Source of the DNA: Octopus vulgaris
Taxonomy: Eukaryota
Direction: 5' to 3'
Length of the DNA stretch: 64,000 nt
NCBI GenBank assembly: GCA_951406725.2
Contig: OX597835.1
Span: 35,154,001 to 35,218,000, forward strand
The notes beneath the pieces were generated by a model that saw nothing but the letters and a program-made list of their open reading frames with translations, made no database searches and was not told where the DNA came from. The position numbers and the translations under genes are program-made. This document shows positions 44,236 through 56,205 of the stretch, piece by piece (the first letter of the stretch is position 1; every line of letters begins with the position of its first letter).

Positions 44236-44318
<83 letters not shown>

Positions 44319-44600
44319 AGCGTACATGTGTGTGTATATATATATATATTTGTATGCATGTATATATATACATACATACAAACATACATACACAAAAATA
44401 TACGCGCACAAATATGGACGCACACTCATATACATTGCTTATGAGATGCGTTCAGTGAGTGGTATGCTATATGAAACAAATTGGTTTTTATAGAATTTTT
44501 TCCCATATATGATAATTTGATGTAATCGAACCTACCCTCCTAAACACATATATGCATACATACATACATACATATATACATACATACATACATACATACA

Positions 44601-44634
<34 letters not shown>

Positions 44635-44814
44635 CATACATACATATATACATACATACATACATATATACATACATACATACATATATACATACATACA
44701 TACATATATACATACATACATACATACACTGATATATATATATATAGGTATAGGTAGATAGATTAGTATTTGTATATATATATATATATATATATAGGTA
44801 GATAGATTGGTATT

Positions 44815-44897
<83 letters not shown>

Positions 44898-44995
44898 CCT
44901 CATATGTATTTATCAATATATATAGATATATAAACTTTCACACACACAGACACACACACACACACACGCACATACACTCTCTCTCTCTCTCTTTC

Positions 44996-45050
<55 letters not shown>

Positions 45051-45834
45051 GGATGCGCATGCGTAATCACTATAACGTACTAATGTGGCATGGTTATGAT
45101 TAGTCACTACAGAAGGCTTGCACGATATCATTGCCGTTTTAGGTTTCCCTATCAGTGTAGTACATTGTTTTTCATTTCTCCTATGAAAATATATCGTTAA
45201 CGACTTCAGTAAAAGCGAAGCTGATTCCATCGCGATCCCTGATGTGTTTTTAGAGCGCGAAATTACATCGTAAAATCGACTTCTCTTTCAGTTGTAAAAA
45301 CTTTTCTGATTTATGCTGAAATATAATTTAAAATTGAAGGCGCATGGCTCAGTGGTTAGAGCATCGAGCTTACGATCGTGAGGTTGTGAGTCCGATTCCC
45401 GGATCGAGCTGTGTGTGTGTTCTTGAGCAAGACACTTTATTTCATGTTGCTCCAGTTATCTCAGCTGTAGAAAGATCTCTGTCTGTGAAGATCTCCGCCA
45501 GCCTTCATGTCGAGGATAATTGCTGGTGACAAGAGTTGGGTCTACAGGTACTACTCTAAGACGAAGTAGCAGTCGTCACAATGGAAGACCCCTTCATCTA
45601 CACAACCGCAAGAGGCACGGCGGAGCCACAATTCAATCAAGAGCATATTAACCTTTTTTCTTTCAACATGCGCCGTATTGTGCATCGAAAATTACACTCC
45701 CCGCCCAAGTTCTAAACCGTCAATCGAGAGTTCTGCTGTAACGTTTTGAAGCGTTTTGAGGAATGGCATTTGGCGAAAGCCACCGCATCTGTGTAGCACG
45801 AATAGGATTCTTCATGACGATAATGCATTCGGAA

Positions 45835-46226
45835 GGCAGCGAGCTGGCAGAATCGTTAGCACGTCGGGCGAAATGCTTAGCGGTCTTTCGTCTGCCGCTA
45901 CGTTCTGAGTTCAAATTTCGCCGAGGTCAACTTTGCTTTTCATACTTTCGGGGTCGATAAAATAAGTACCAGTCACGCACTGGGGTCGATATAATCGACT
46001 TAATCCGTTTGTCTGTCCTTGTTTGTCCTACCTTGTGGGTAGTAAAGAAATAAGTATTTCATCTGCCGTTATGTTCTGAGTTCAAATTCTGCCGAGGTCA
46101 ACTTTGCCTTTCATACTTTCGGGGTCGACTAGTCACGCACTGGAGTCGATATAATCACCTTAATCCATTTGTCTCTCCTTGTTTGTCCTCTCTGTGTTTA
46201 GCCCCTTGTGGGTAGTAAAGAAATAG
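45835..46226 (+). mobile_element. Tandem dimer of SINE family B
   Basis: Two consecutive gttctgagttcaaatt..ccgaggtcaactttgc units. Confidence 0.8.
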
Positions 46227-46600
46227 ATAATGCACTCGGCCACCGAGCTCTCCCCACTTGTGAGTTTCTCGCCAAAAACAACATGGTGTCGCTTCCGCAC
46301 CCGTCCTATTCGCCAGATTTAGCCCATGCGGACTTTCCTCTCTTCCTACAAAATGAAAAGGCTGCTCAACGGTCGCCGTTTTCACACCACTGCTGAGATC
46401 CGGAGCGAATCGCAGAAGGTCCTCGACTCGCTTACAGAAAACAACATCCAGGCCGGATTCCAAAAGTGGCAGGAACGCTGGGACCGGTGTATTGCTGTGC
46501 AACGTTACTATTTCGAAGAAGATGATGGCAAAACTAAGGTAAATAAGGTATTTTCTATTATTAAACATAATTAGTCCTGGAACCTTTTGATACCACCTCG
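46226..46600 (+). pseudogene. mariner transposase C-terminal fragment with probable right TIR
   Basis: DNALGH...LPHPSYSPDLA..DF.LF, then MKRLLNGRRF...FQKWQERWDRCIAVQRYYFE, then ggaaccttttgataccacctcg. Confidence 0.9.
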
Positions 46601-46707
46601 CATAAAGGAGAACCCTAAATAACCCTAGGGTAAAATCCAGCAGGCTAAATATAAACACCGTAGAGCGAGTAAATGACTGGTTGTAGTTCTAGGTTAATGA
46701 TGTGATC

Positions 46708-47136
46708 GGATCTTTTCGGTTTGAACGGCAGTTTTTAACATAATTTCTAAGTAACTAAAAACTTTAAAACTTTGTATACTGGTAGAATGTGCTTATAAAA
46801 CATCTTTTTCTCTTAGCTTTCTTGAGAAAATTCTATAGTTTGTAAGATATTTGTTATTTTTTTCTTCAATTTCTGCAATTTCAACCAATCACTGACGTCC
46901 ATTGAGGTAAACAACATTCTGTGCCATATGAATATGTCCCTCGTTTAAGGAACAGATTGGGTTTATTTACATTTGTGAAGAAAAATAGATACCATCCCCC
47001 CCTTAACCCTAACCTTAACTAACCCTAACCCTAAAATAGATTGAAATGCAATAGGTCGATACTAGGGTCATAATTATGGGTGACAATTTCATATGATACC
47101 GCTAGAAAAAAACTGCCGTTCAATCCGAAAAGATCC
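46708..47136. mobile_element. MITE with 29-bp TIRs, apparent ATC TSD and internal (CCCTAA)-like repeats
   Basis: ggatcttttcggtttgaacggcagttttt pairs with aaaaactgccgttcaatccgaaaagatcc; atc on both flanks. Confidence 0.85.
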
Positions 47137-47745
47137 ATCTGATCTATATGACAAATTTGAAACGAATTTATTTGACTTTATTTTGATCTACTTCTGTATC
47201 GTTTTATTAAGATTAATTCTCTTAAAACCTACGTGAGGCATCAAGTGAAAGCATTAGCTTTAAGTGTTCTCTTTATTTGCATCTTGTTAACACGCCTAAA
47301 TCAACACATCTCAAAATTTTCATTTGGTCGAACGTGCGCTCAGATCATGACATCCGAGGAAGCGAATGGACTACATAATTGTTATGACATATTTCCATAT
47401 ATCATGGTAGGTATTTCATAACATTGAATGAGTTGTATAATGTTGTATGAAATATGGAATAAAATTATAGCCCGGGTTCGGAAACGATTGTAAGCGTCAA
47501 TTTCAGTTGTCCTTTCCTCATTTGAATTATTACTTGCAGACTTTGGCACAAGGCCAGCTATTTCGGGGTAGGGATAAGTCGGTTACACCGACCCTAGTGT
47601 TCAACTGGTACTTAATTTATCGATCCCATAAAAGATGAAAGGCAAAGTCGACCTCAGCGGAATTTGAACGTAAAGAACGTAAAGACGGACGAAATGCCGC
47701 TAAGCATTTTGGCTGGCGTGCTGACGATTCTGCCCGCTCGCCGGC

Positions 47746-47807
<62 letters not shown>

Positions 47808-47809
<2 letters not shown>

Positions 47810-48064
47810 CAACATCCTTAAACAACCCTTATTCAGGGACCTTTTGAGTGGGATGGGTTACTCGACCTGAAGAAAATTCTAACTGGGCCCCACCTGCAAG
47901 GTCATGTGCTGTTTATCTTGATATGAGATCACCATGTCGCGCACATATGCCTGTGATGCATGTGCCAAGTGTACCCTTATCAGACGGGTAGTCATGATGG
48001 GTATATTGGGCTTCGTATATTTTACCCCAGTGTCACTTTGATGGCATGAACTGCTCTCTCACTC

Positions 48065-48131
<67 letters not shown>

Positions 48132-48422
48132 TAATAATAATAATAATAACAATAATAATAATAATACCAACATCCTTAAACAACCCTTATTCAGGGACCT
48201 TTTGAGTGGGATGGGTTACTCGACCTGAAGAAAATTCTAACTGGGCCCCACCTGCAAGGTCATGTGCTGTTTATCTTGATATGAGATCACCATGTCGCGC
48301 ACATATGCCTGTGATGCATGTGCCTGGTGTACCTTTATCAGACGGGTAGTCATGATGGGTATATTGGGCTTCGTATATTTTACCCCAGTGTCACTTTGAT
48401 GGCATGAACTGCTCTCTCACTC

Positions 48423-48423
<1 letters not shown>
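47808..48423 (+). mobile_element. Two tandem ~258-bp copies of the (AAT)n-associated retroposon
   Basis: Near-identical units at 47808-48065 and 48166-48423, separated and flanked by (AAT)n. Confidence 0.85.
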
Positions 48424-48487
<64 letters not shown>

Positions 48488-48489
<2 letters not shown>

Positions 48490-49901
48490 CTGAACTAAAT
48501 GCACGTAACAAGGTGTTAGCTATAAATTCCTTAGCAGTTCCAGTTGTTACTTATAGCTACAATGTGTTGAACTGGAATATGAGTGAAGTAAAGAATATAG
48601 ATAGAAAAATACGCAAGCTGCTGAGTTGTAATAGGATGCACCACCCAAAGGCAGACGTAGATCGCCTTTACCTTCCCAGAGCCCAAGGAGGTCGAGGCCT
48701 GATCCAATTTGAACTAGCTTACAAAACAACCACAATTGGACTGGCCAAATATCTCGAAATATCGAATGACTGGATGCTAAAGCTCGTGGAAAATCACGAG
48801 AGACGAAAGAAGCTTCATTCTATCATAAAGGAAAGCAAAAAATTTGCTATTGATCTCGTGCAGGATACCCAAACTGAACAACCCGAGGGAAGTACGGCAA
48901 CTATTGTTGCAAAGAAGGTGAAAATGATGGCAATGAAAAAAGCGCACGAGCAATTGGCTGATAGGTGGGAGGAGAAACCTCTGCACGGCAAATATGTGAC
49001 CCGCAGCAAACAAGCTGATGTTGACCAGAAGCAAACCCATCAGTGGCTACGGAGCTCAGGGCTAAAAGCAGAGAGCGAAGGTTTCATCCTGGCTGCTCAA
49101 GATCAAAGCCTATTAACCCGGAACTACCAGGCCAATGTGATGAAAAATGGAGCAGACCCAAAATGCCGATTCTGCAACGACATGATTGAAACAGTGGACC
49201 ACCTAATCTCTGGATGTAAAGTCTTAGCACCAGTGGAGTATAAATTAAGACATGACAGAGTTGGCCAATATCTCCACTGGCTATTAAGTCGGCATTACAA
49301 TATCAAAACTGCCGACAAGTGGTATAATCACCACCCTGAGGCTGTAACTGAAGGAGAAAATGTAACCATTCTGTGGGACTTTCCAGTACATACAGACCGA
49401 ACCATCAAGGCCAATAAACCAGATATTGTTGTGAAAGACCAAAACAATAAAGTTTGCTTATTGATCGACATGAGCATCCCCTGTGATCATAATATCTCAG
49501 CGAAAGAGTTTGACAAGCTCAGAAAATATAAAGCCCTACTCATTGAAATTGAGAAAATGTGGCATCTCAAGGCGGTTACAATACCAGTGATCGTAGGAGC
49601 ACTAGGAATGATCAAGAAGGGAACCGAAAATTATATGAGAATGATCCCTGGCTTACCATCCCTGCAAGAAGTGCAAAAGATTGTCTTAACTGGTACATCA
49701 CACGTATTGAGAAGAGCATTGTCGATGTGAGAACTGTTGCTGCTCATGTATTTTAATTTAACTTTAAAAAAAAAAAAAAAAAAAAAAATGAACGAACTAC
49801 TGAGTTTGGTTTAATGGCCTACCAATGTATACTATGAGTTTCTTTGCCCTAGGAGTCGGGAAGACACTCGGCAAGAAATGGAAGCAAATTTGAAAGAAGA
49901 A

Positions 49902-49902
<1 letters not shown>
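48488..49902 (+). mobile_element. 5'-truncated R4/Dong-clade non-LTR retrotransposon inside (AAT)n
   Basis: Uninterrupted ORF plus 3' UTR, with (AAT)n on both sides. Confidence 0.88.
48513..49730 (+). CDS. Post-RT region, CCHC zinc finger and restriction-like endonuclease (partial)
   Basis: RLYLPRAQGGRGL, CRFC...ETVDHLISGC, RHDRV, KPDIVVKD...LLIDMSIP...K, IPVIVGALG. Confidence 0.88.
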   Translation: MLAINSLAVPVVTYSYNVLNWNMSEVKNIDRKIRKLLSCNRMHHPKADVDRLYLPRAQGGRGLIQFELAYKTTTIGLAKYLEISNDWMLKLVENHERRKKLHSIIKESKKFAIDLVQDTQTEQPEGSTATIVAKKVKMMAMKKAHEQLADRWEEKPLHGKYVTRSKQADVDQKQTHQWLRSSGLKAESEGFILAAQDQSLLTRNYQANVMKNGADPKCRFCNDMIETVDHLISGCKVLAPVEYKLRHDRVGQYLHWLLSRHYNIKTADKWYNHHPEAVTEGENVTILWDFPVHTDRTIKANKPDIVVKDQNNKVCLLIDMSIPCDHNISAKEFDKLRKYKALLIEIEKMWHLKAVTIPVIVGALGMIKKGTENYMRMIPGLPSLQEVQKIVLTGTSHVLRRALSM

Positions 49903-49948
<46 letters not shown>

Positions 49949-49959
49949 TGATGATGATG

Positions 49960-50022
<63 letters not shown>

Positions 50023-50099
50023 GTAATAATAATAATAATAATAATAATAGTAATAATAATAGACAAGAATAAGTTAGGCAAGGACCGCTTTTCACCTGT

Positions 50100-50600
50100 T
50101 AAAAAAAGTATGGAGCGCAAGTGTAATTTCAATAAAGAACAAAATAAGAATTTTTAACACTAACGTAAAAGCGGTGTTATTGTATGGGACTGAGACATGG
50201 AGAACAACAGTGAAGTCAAATAAGCAATTACAATCATTCATCAACATATGCTTGCGTAGTATACTTAAAATTAGATGGCCCAAACACATAAGCAATATGG
50301 AGCTATGGCAAAGAACAAATCAAGTTTTGATTAGGGATCAAATATTTAAGAAAAAGTGGAAGTGGATTGGTAGCACAATTAGAAAAGACACACCAAATGT
50401 AGCGAAAAGTGCTTTACTGTGGAAACGGGATGGATATAGAAAGAAAGGTAGACCTAAGAACTCGTGGCAGAGATCAACACAAAAGGAACAAGAAAGAGGG
50501 GGACATTCATGGCAGAGTATAAGTACAGCAGCGAAAAATTATGCGACATGGAATTCAGTTATGAGTGGCCTATACTCCGCGTTGGAGGGTTAAAGACAGG
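50100..50600 (+). pseudogene. RTE-clade LINE C-terminal fragment
   Basis: LLYGTETW...CLRSILKIRWP...KWKWIG...RKKGRPKNSW. Confidence 0.85.
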
Positions 50601-50688
50601 AAAAAAATTGATAACCTAAGGGTACAGGTAGTAACCCGCAACCCACATAAATACTACCAGGAATAAGACCGAACCTGAGCCAAACCAA

Positions 50689-50732
<44 letters not shown>

Positions 50733-51023
50733 TAATAATAATGATGATGATGATGATGACGATGATGATGGTGGTGGTGGTGATAATAATAATCCCTAGC
50801 ATCAATATGATAATAATATGAGTGAATAATCTTTGTCTTTTTTTACTTAACTTTTTGGCAATAATCTATAATCCATTACATTTCTATTACCCGGCGTTTA
50901 ATCCATTCACATCTTACTTATGTCATTCTAATCAAAGCAAATAAAGATCAGATCAGGTTTTAAGATGTAATTTTTGTTTTTCACTTATGTTTAAGTTTGT
51001 TATTGTCTAGGTGCGTATTAGGC

Positions 51024-51056
<33 letters not shown>

Positions 51057-51393
51057 ATGTGTTCTGATGTATTTGTTTTATTCACACACACACACACGAT
51101 TGCACACGTACGCACATACATACACACACACGCAGACATATACACACATACACACACATACACATATATATCTTTCATTAGTGACTGGACTGCAGTCATG
51201 CTGGGGCACTGCCTTGAAGAACCTTCAGTGGAATGAATCGAACCTTGCACTTATTTTTTTTAAAGCATAGTACTCATTCTATCGGGCCATTTTGTCGAAC
51301 CGGTAAATATCGGGGACGTAAATACACCAACATCGGTTGCCAAGCGCTGGTGGGTGGAGGAGCAAGCACAGACACAGCGACACACAAACACCC

Positions 51394-51469
<76 letters not shown>

Positions 51470-52167
51470 GACAGACTTCTTTTAGTTCGGTCTCTTTGAG
51501 GCTTTAGTAGAAAACACTTGGTCCAAAATGCTACGCAGTGGGACTGAACCTGGAACCATGTGGTTTTGAAGCAAACTTCTTACCACACAGCAACGCCTGC
51601 GCCTACATAAAGTAATTTATAATGAGTATTGTTTATTAATGATGAGTAGCTTATGCTCCTGATTGCAGAAGGAAGCTAGCCACGCCATTTGCGCGGGACG
51701 TTAAACAAATCGCAAAACGGTCCGCCAGAAAACTCCCCAAATCTTAGGGATGTTTTTACCTTCTTTTTACTGCATCTATAGTCAAACTTTGCAATAATCG
51801 AATTTATTTAAGTTTTTCTGATTCATATGATGGGCATAAAAATGCCAAACCTGCTACCTTCGGATTTGATTTTCGTACTTATCAGAAGTTATGGGCAATG
51901 ACCCAAAATCTCGATCGCGAATACAAGCGACCGAAAAGGAGTCTCTCAGATAAATCTCCCAAGTAACGTTCCTCGACAGTCTGCATAACTTAGAGATAAG
52001 TAAATCTCTCCAGGTTGAGCCGCAGCTTTTCCGCATTAAGTGGTCACACGCCCGGTGTTACGAGCATGGGATTAGATTGTCGCAGGAAAGGATTACATGA
52101 GGACTCTCCGGCCGCGATCCTTCCAGGAATATTGGCTGATGAAGATGAGTGGATATACATACATGCT

Positions 52168-52229
<62 letters not shown>

Positions 52230-52416
52230 AACAATTAAGGATAACTTCTTAATAAGGAATCTTAACAAGAAATTATCAGGGTGATACAGAACTAAATTCA
52301 TTTTTTAAATGTCTTGCTTTGAAGAACTGCATTAGGTATGATTAGTGTAATTTTGGTAGTAATGACTTTGTCCCTCTTAGTGTGAGGCATTTATGTGTAA
52401 TAATGCCCTCTATACA

Positions 52417-52459
<43 letters not shown>

Positions 52460-52477
52460 TAGATATATGTATGTATG

Positions 52478-52535
<58 letters not shown>

Positions 52536-52712
52536 AACAATTAAGGATAACTTGTTAAAGACTTGTTAAAGACTTGTTTTATTTATATTTCCTGAGCGCC
52601 ATACTAATACAATTGTTTGTTTGTTTTCCACCTGCCTTCGTCTTTTGTCTATTTTCATAAAGCTTCCCGTTATATATATATATACTATATTAAAAGCAGC
52701 AAAAATATCAGA

Positions 52713-52758
52713 AAAACTGTTACTCAGAGTTTCACGTTCCCGTTCGTCGGACAGTTTT
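52713..52758 (-). ncRNA. Type I hammerhead-like motif with CCGACGA core
   Basis: Minus strand reads aaaactgt-CCGACGA-acg(ggaa)cgt-GAAA-ctctgag-TA-acagtttt; 8-bp stem I and GUA triplet. Confidence 0.72.
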
Positions 52759-53046
52759 GTATTCGAGTACTATTTTTTCCACCTTGTTTCGCATTTATAT
52801 ATATATATATTCTTTTATTCTCTTACTTGTTTCAGTAAATTTTACTGTGGCCATGCTGGAGCACCGCCTTTGAGTCGAAGAAATCGACCCCATGACTTAG
52901 TTTTTGTAAGGCTGGTACTTATTCTATCGGTCTCTATGCCGAAACGCTAAGTTATGGGGTCATAAACATGCCAAAATAAGTTGTCAAGCGATGGTGGGAG
53001 TACAAACACAGGCGCAAACACACAAATATATACATATATATACATG

Positions 53047-53117
<71 letters not shown>

Positions 53118-53993
53118 GGTGCGAAATAGCACCAGCGATTGCTATAAATAAGAGTCTGAAAGCCACACAAAAAAACCCCAAAAGACCTCATTACATCTAC
53201 GGGAAGCGGGCACAACAAACTAAAACGATTTTCCCCTTGTGTGATAGACTGTCCAGGCATTTCTTTTTGTGAGTCTATCTCACAAGGGAAAGATAAATTT
53301 AATTTGCTGTGTCCGCCTCCCGTAAATATAATGAGCTGTACCTCATACAAATACTAAAACATAACTATCACCCTTTTCAGACATTATGACACTTAAACCA
53401 CCGGTATTGTTCGCACTTTCTACTGCAAACTTACACCCTTAACCTTATAGATCCAAAACTATTTTCTAAATAGTCAAATCATTGAACACTTTCTCAAATG
53501 TTTCGTTCATTTTCTTTTCAGCGATATTTCTTCTTTCCGTTTTCTTGCGAAACCTGTAAAAGAGAAATGTAATTGTTTTGAGAGTAATTTTAATGAAAAG
53601 AAAACGCTTTTAATGGACGTCTTCGATTCAAATTCGAATCAAATTCGACTTAAATTGACTCATACGAGAGTTTTTTTTTATTTCTGTTTGGAAATTCAAT
53701 GATGACGAAGCAGAAATTTGTCCCTGTTCTTTTCCGAAGCCGATAATGTGGTTTTGGTAATAGATTCATGCGTAGAAATTATTGATAACCTTTCAATTCT
53801 TTTTTTTACTTTAGATCAAATAACTTGTACTTATAGGAATAAATGCAAAATAAATGACCCCCCAAAGAAGTTGGGTATTTCCAACGAATCGATAATCAGC
53901 CTGAGCCTAGAACAACATACACTCGGTGACTCAGAGAAAACCAAACCTATACACTCTCAAAATGGTAAAACCTGAATACAAACATTATATAAA

Positions 53994-54080
<87 letters not shown>

Positions 54081-54276
54081 GGACGTGCTGTCACTTCGGC
54101 TCCGAAGGTAATCGTTTATTTTGACTATTTATAACCCATATTTTGTGTACATTTTTGCAAATAAGGTGTGTAAGGCACCCAACTTTCGTTTGAGTGCTTT
54201 TCCAAGGGAGGAATTCGCCCCTAGGGGCAGTTTCAACCCCATTTCATTTCTGTAATTTTCTTCTCGACATTAGAAA

Positions 54277-56148
54277 ATGTCGAGAAATTTTATTCTAGAA
54301 CGCTGGTCGCGTTCTTTTATGGACCAGCATTTTCCTAGTCTGGAAACGCTAGGAGAAAAAAAGAACGTACGCATGCAAAGTGCAAACATGAATATCGGTG
54401 GAATGAACGCTGCAACCACGTGCGGTAACAGCCCTGTCACTACCACCACCACCACCACTAACAACAGCAACCACGAGACTACTACTGCTACCGCCACCAC
54501 CTCCACCACCACCACCACTACCACGACCAACATAAATGATAAAAATAAAACTCACACGAAAACTATTGACAAAAACAACAGCAACAACAAGAACAACAAT
54601 AAAAATAGTGAAGATGTTAATACAAAAATATCAACAACACCAGTAAATTTCGCTGACACTCTTCGCCAGAAGAAGGAGATTGTAACATTTACAAATGAAG
54701 AGCTCATAGAAACAAGAGCTCTCTTTACAACCCGTGGACAAGATTTAGTGCTGCATACACCTCAACACATAAAGCAAGAAATAGAAAATAAGACAATTAT
54801 TTATAAAATTATAAGAAAAAACAAAAAACTAAATGAACAGATTACAAAAACGGATGTAGAAAAATGCTTAAAAAACATAATGAAAGAAAAAGAATATATA
54901 AACTGGGGTCCCCAGTTTAACACAGTAGTGGTCCGCTTCCCTAACCAGGAAGTGGCAAAAGCTCACTGTACTGAGTCTCTGGGAAATGATGAAATCATCA
55001 TGGTCCCATACTATAAAAACCAGAGAGTGAGTCGAATCACTATTAAAAATGTACCTCCCGAGATTCCTAACAAATCGATAACAGGGGCAATCTGTTACCA
55101 TTTAAAAAATATCAACATTTTGGAAACCGCCGTGTACCTTGGCGACATTTGGGGTGGGAAGACAATAGTGGTGACCATACAGATTAAGGGGGCCTCTATC
55201 GAGAGCCTACCGGATAAGATCCACTTGGAAAATGGGCAATGCCTATATGTTGTAGCAGAAGGCAAAAAGCCTAGATGCTACAAATGTGGCAGCCCTGAAC
55301 ATTTAATTGCCAAGTGCGCTCTGTTACAGAAAAAACAAGAAAGAACAAATCAGAAAACAAATAAAAAACCCTTGTTGCCAACACCAACACCAACACACTC
55401 AATTATGGAACAATGCCAAGAAAAGCAACAAACCAGCAAACAAACCCCAACAACATCACCAAGAAAAGAAACAGTACCAACACAATCACCGTTGATGTCA
55501 CAACCAATTCAATATGTTGAATCAACAAAAAATAGACCAACACCCACAACGAGGACGACAATTAAAAAGACAGAAAACAGTGACAAGAAGACAAATTCTA
55601 CCCCTAACACCACAACAACACAAACACCGCACAAAACATCAACAACTTTTACAAGCATACATAGTAATGCAAATGCTTTGCCTTTACCTTCTACTGATAC
55701 GTCGGACGACGAACGTTCGACGGAATGGCAAATAGCCACAGGGGGTAACAGGAAAAGATCCCAAAAATCCACCAAACAAGGATGTAAAGCAGGGAGATAT
55801 CTAACTCCGGACAACATCCCCCTAGACAATCAAAAAAGCAATGAAACCGTAAAACCACACACACAACTAACTGCAATAGACACAGACAATAAAGAATTAA
55901 TGGACTACATTACATCCAGCACGGTCATCTGTGAAAATGACTTTAAGACAAACAATCATTCGCATACCACACCACCGAAACACATCAGAATTTTACACAT
56001 AACACAAGCACAACACCACATACTGAAAACAATATTTCCGAATGCGGTAGGCGGGTTTCAACGATACCTGTCGAAAAATCTATACAAACACCTCATCAAA
56101 AACAATACAAAAGAAGAAAAAAATGAAACTTTTAAAATGAGTAAGTGA
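54277..56148 (+). CDS. ORF1, gag-like nucleic-acid-binding protein with a CCHC knuckle
   Basis: 623-aa ORF containing CYKCGSPEHLIAKC, lying upstream of the EN-RT ORF. Confidence 0.85.
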   Translation: MSRNFILERWSRSFMDQHFPSLETLGEKKNVRMQSANMNIGGMNAATTCGNSPVTTTTTTTNNSNHETTTATATTSTTTTTTTTNINDKNKTHTKTIDKNNSNNKNNNKNSEDVNTKISTTPVNFADTLRQKKEIVTFTNEELIETRALFTTRGQDLVLHTPQHIKQEIENKTIIYKIIRKNKKLNEQITKTDVEKCLKNIMKEKEYINWGPQFNTVVVRFPNQEVAKAHCTESLGNDEIIMVPYYKNQRVSRITIKNVPPEIPNKSITGAICYHLKNINILETAVYLGDIWGGKTIVVTIQIKGASIESLPDKIHLENGQCLYVVAEGKKPRCYKCGSPEHLIAKCALLQKKQERTNQKTNKKPLLPTPTPTHSIMEQCQEKQQTSKQTPTTSPRKETVPTQSPLMSQPIQYVESTKNRPTPTTRTTIKKTENSDKKTNSTPNTTTTQTPHKTSTTFTSIHSNANALPLPSTDTSDDERSTEWQIATGGNRKRSQKSTKQGCKAGRYLTPDNIPLDNQKSNETVKPHTQLTAIDTDNKELMDYITSSTVICENDFKTNNHSHTTPPKHIRILHITQAQHHILKTIFPNAVGGFQRYLSKNLYKHLIKNNTKEEKNETFKMSK

Positions 56149-56205
56149 CCTCCCTTCTTGCCTCTTGTCTCTTCTAATGTAGTGTGTAAAACACAATTTT
56201 CGTAA

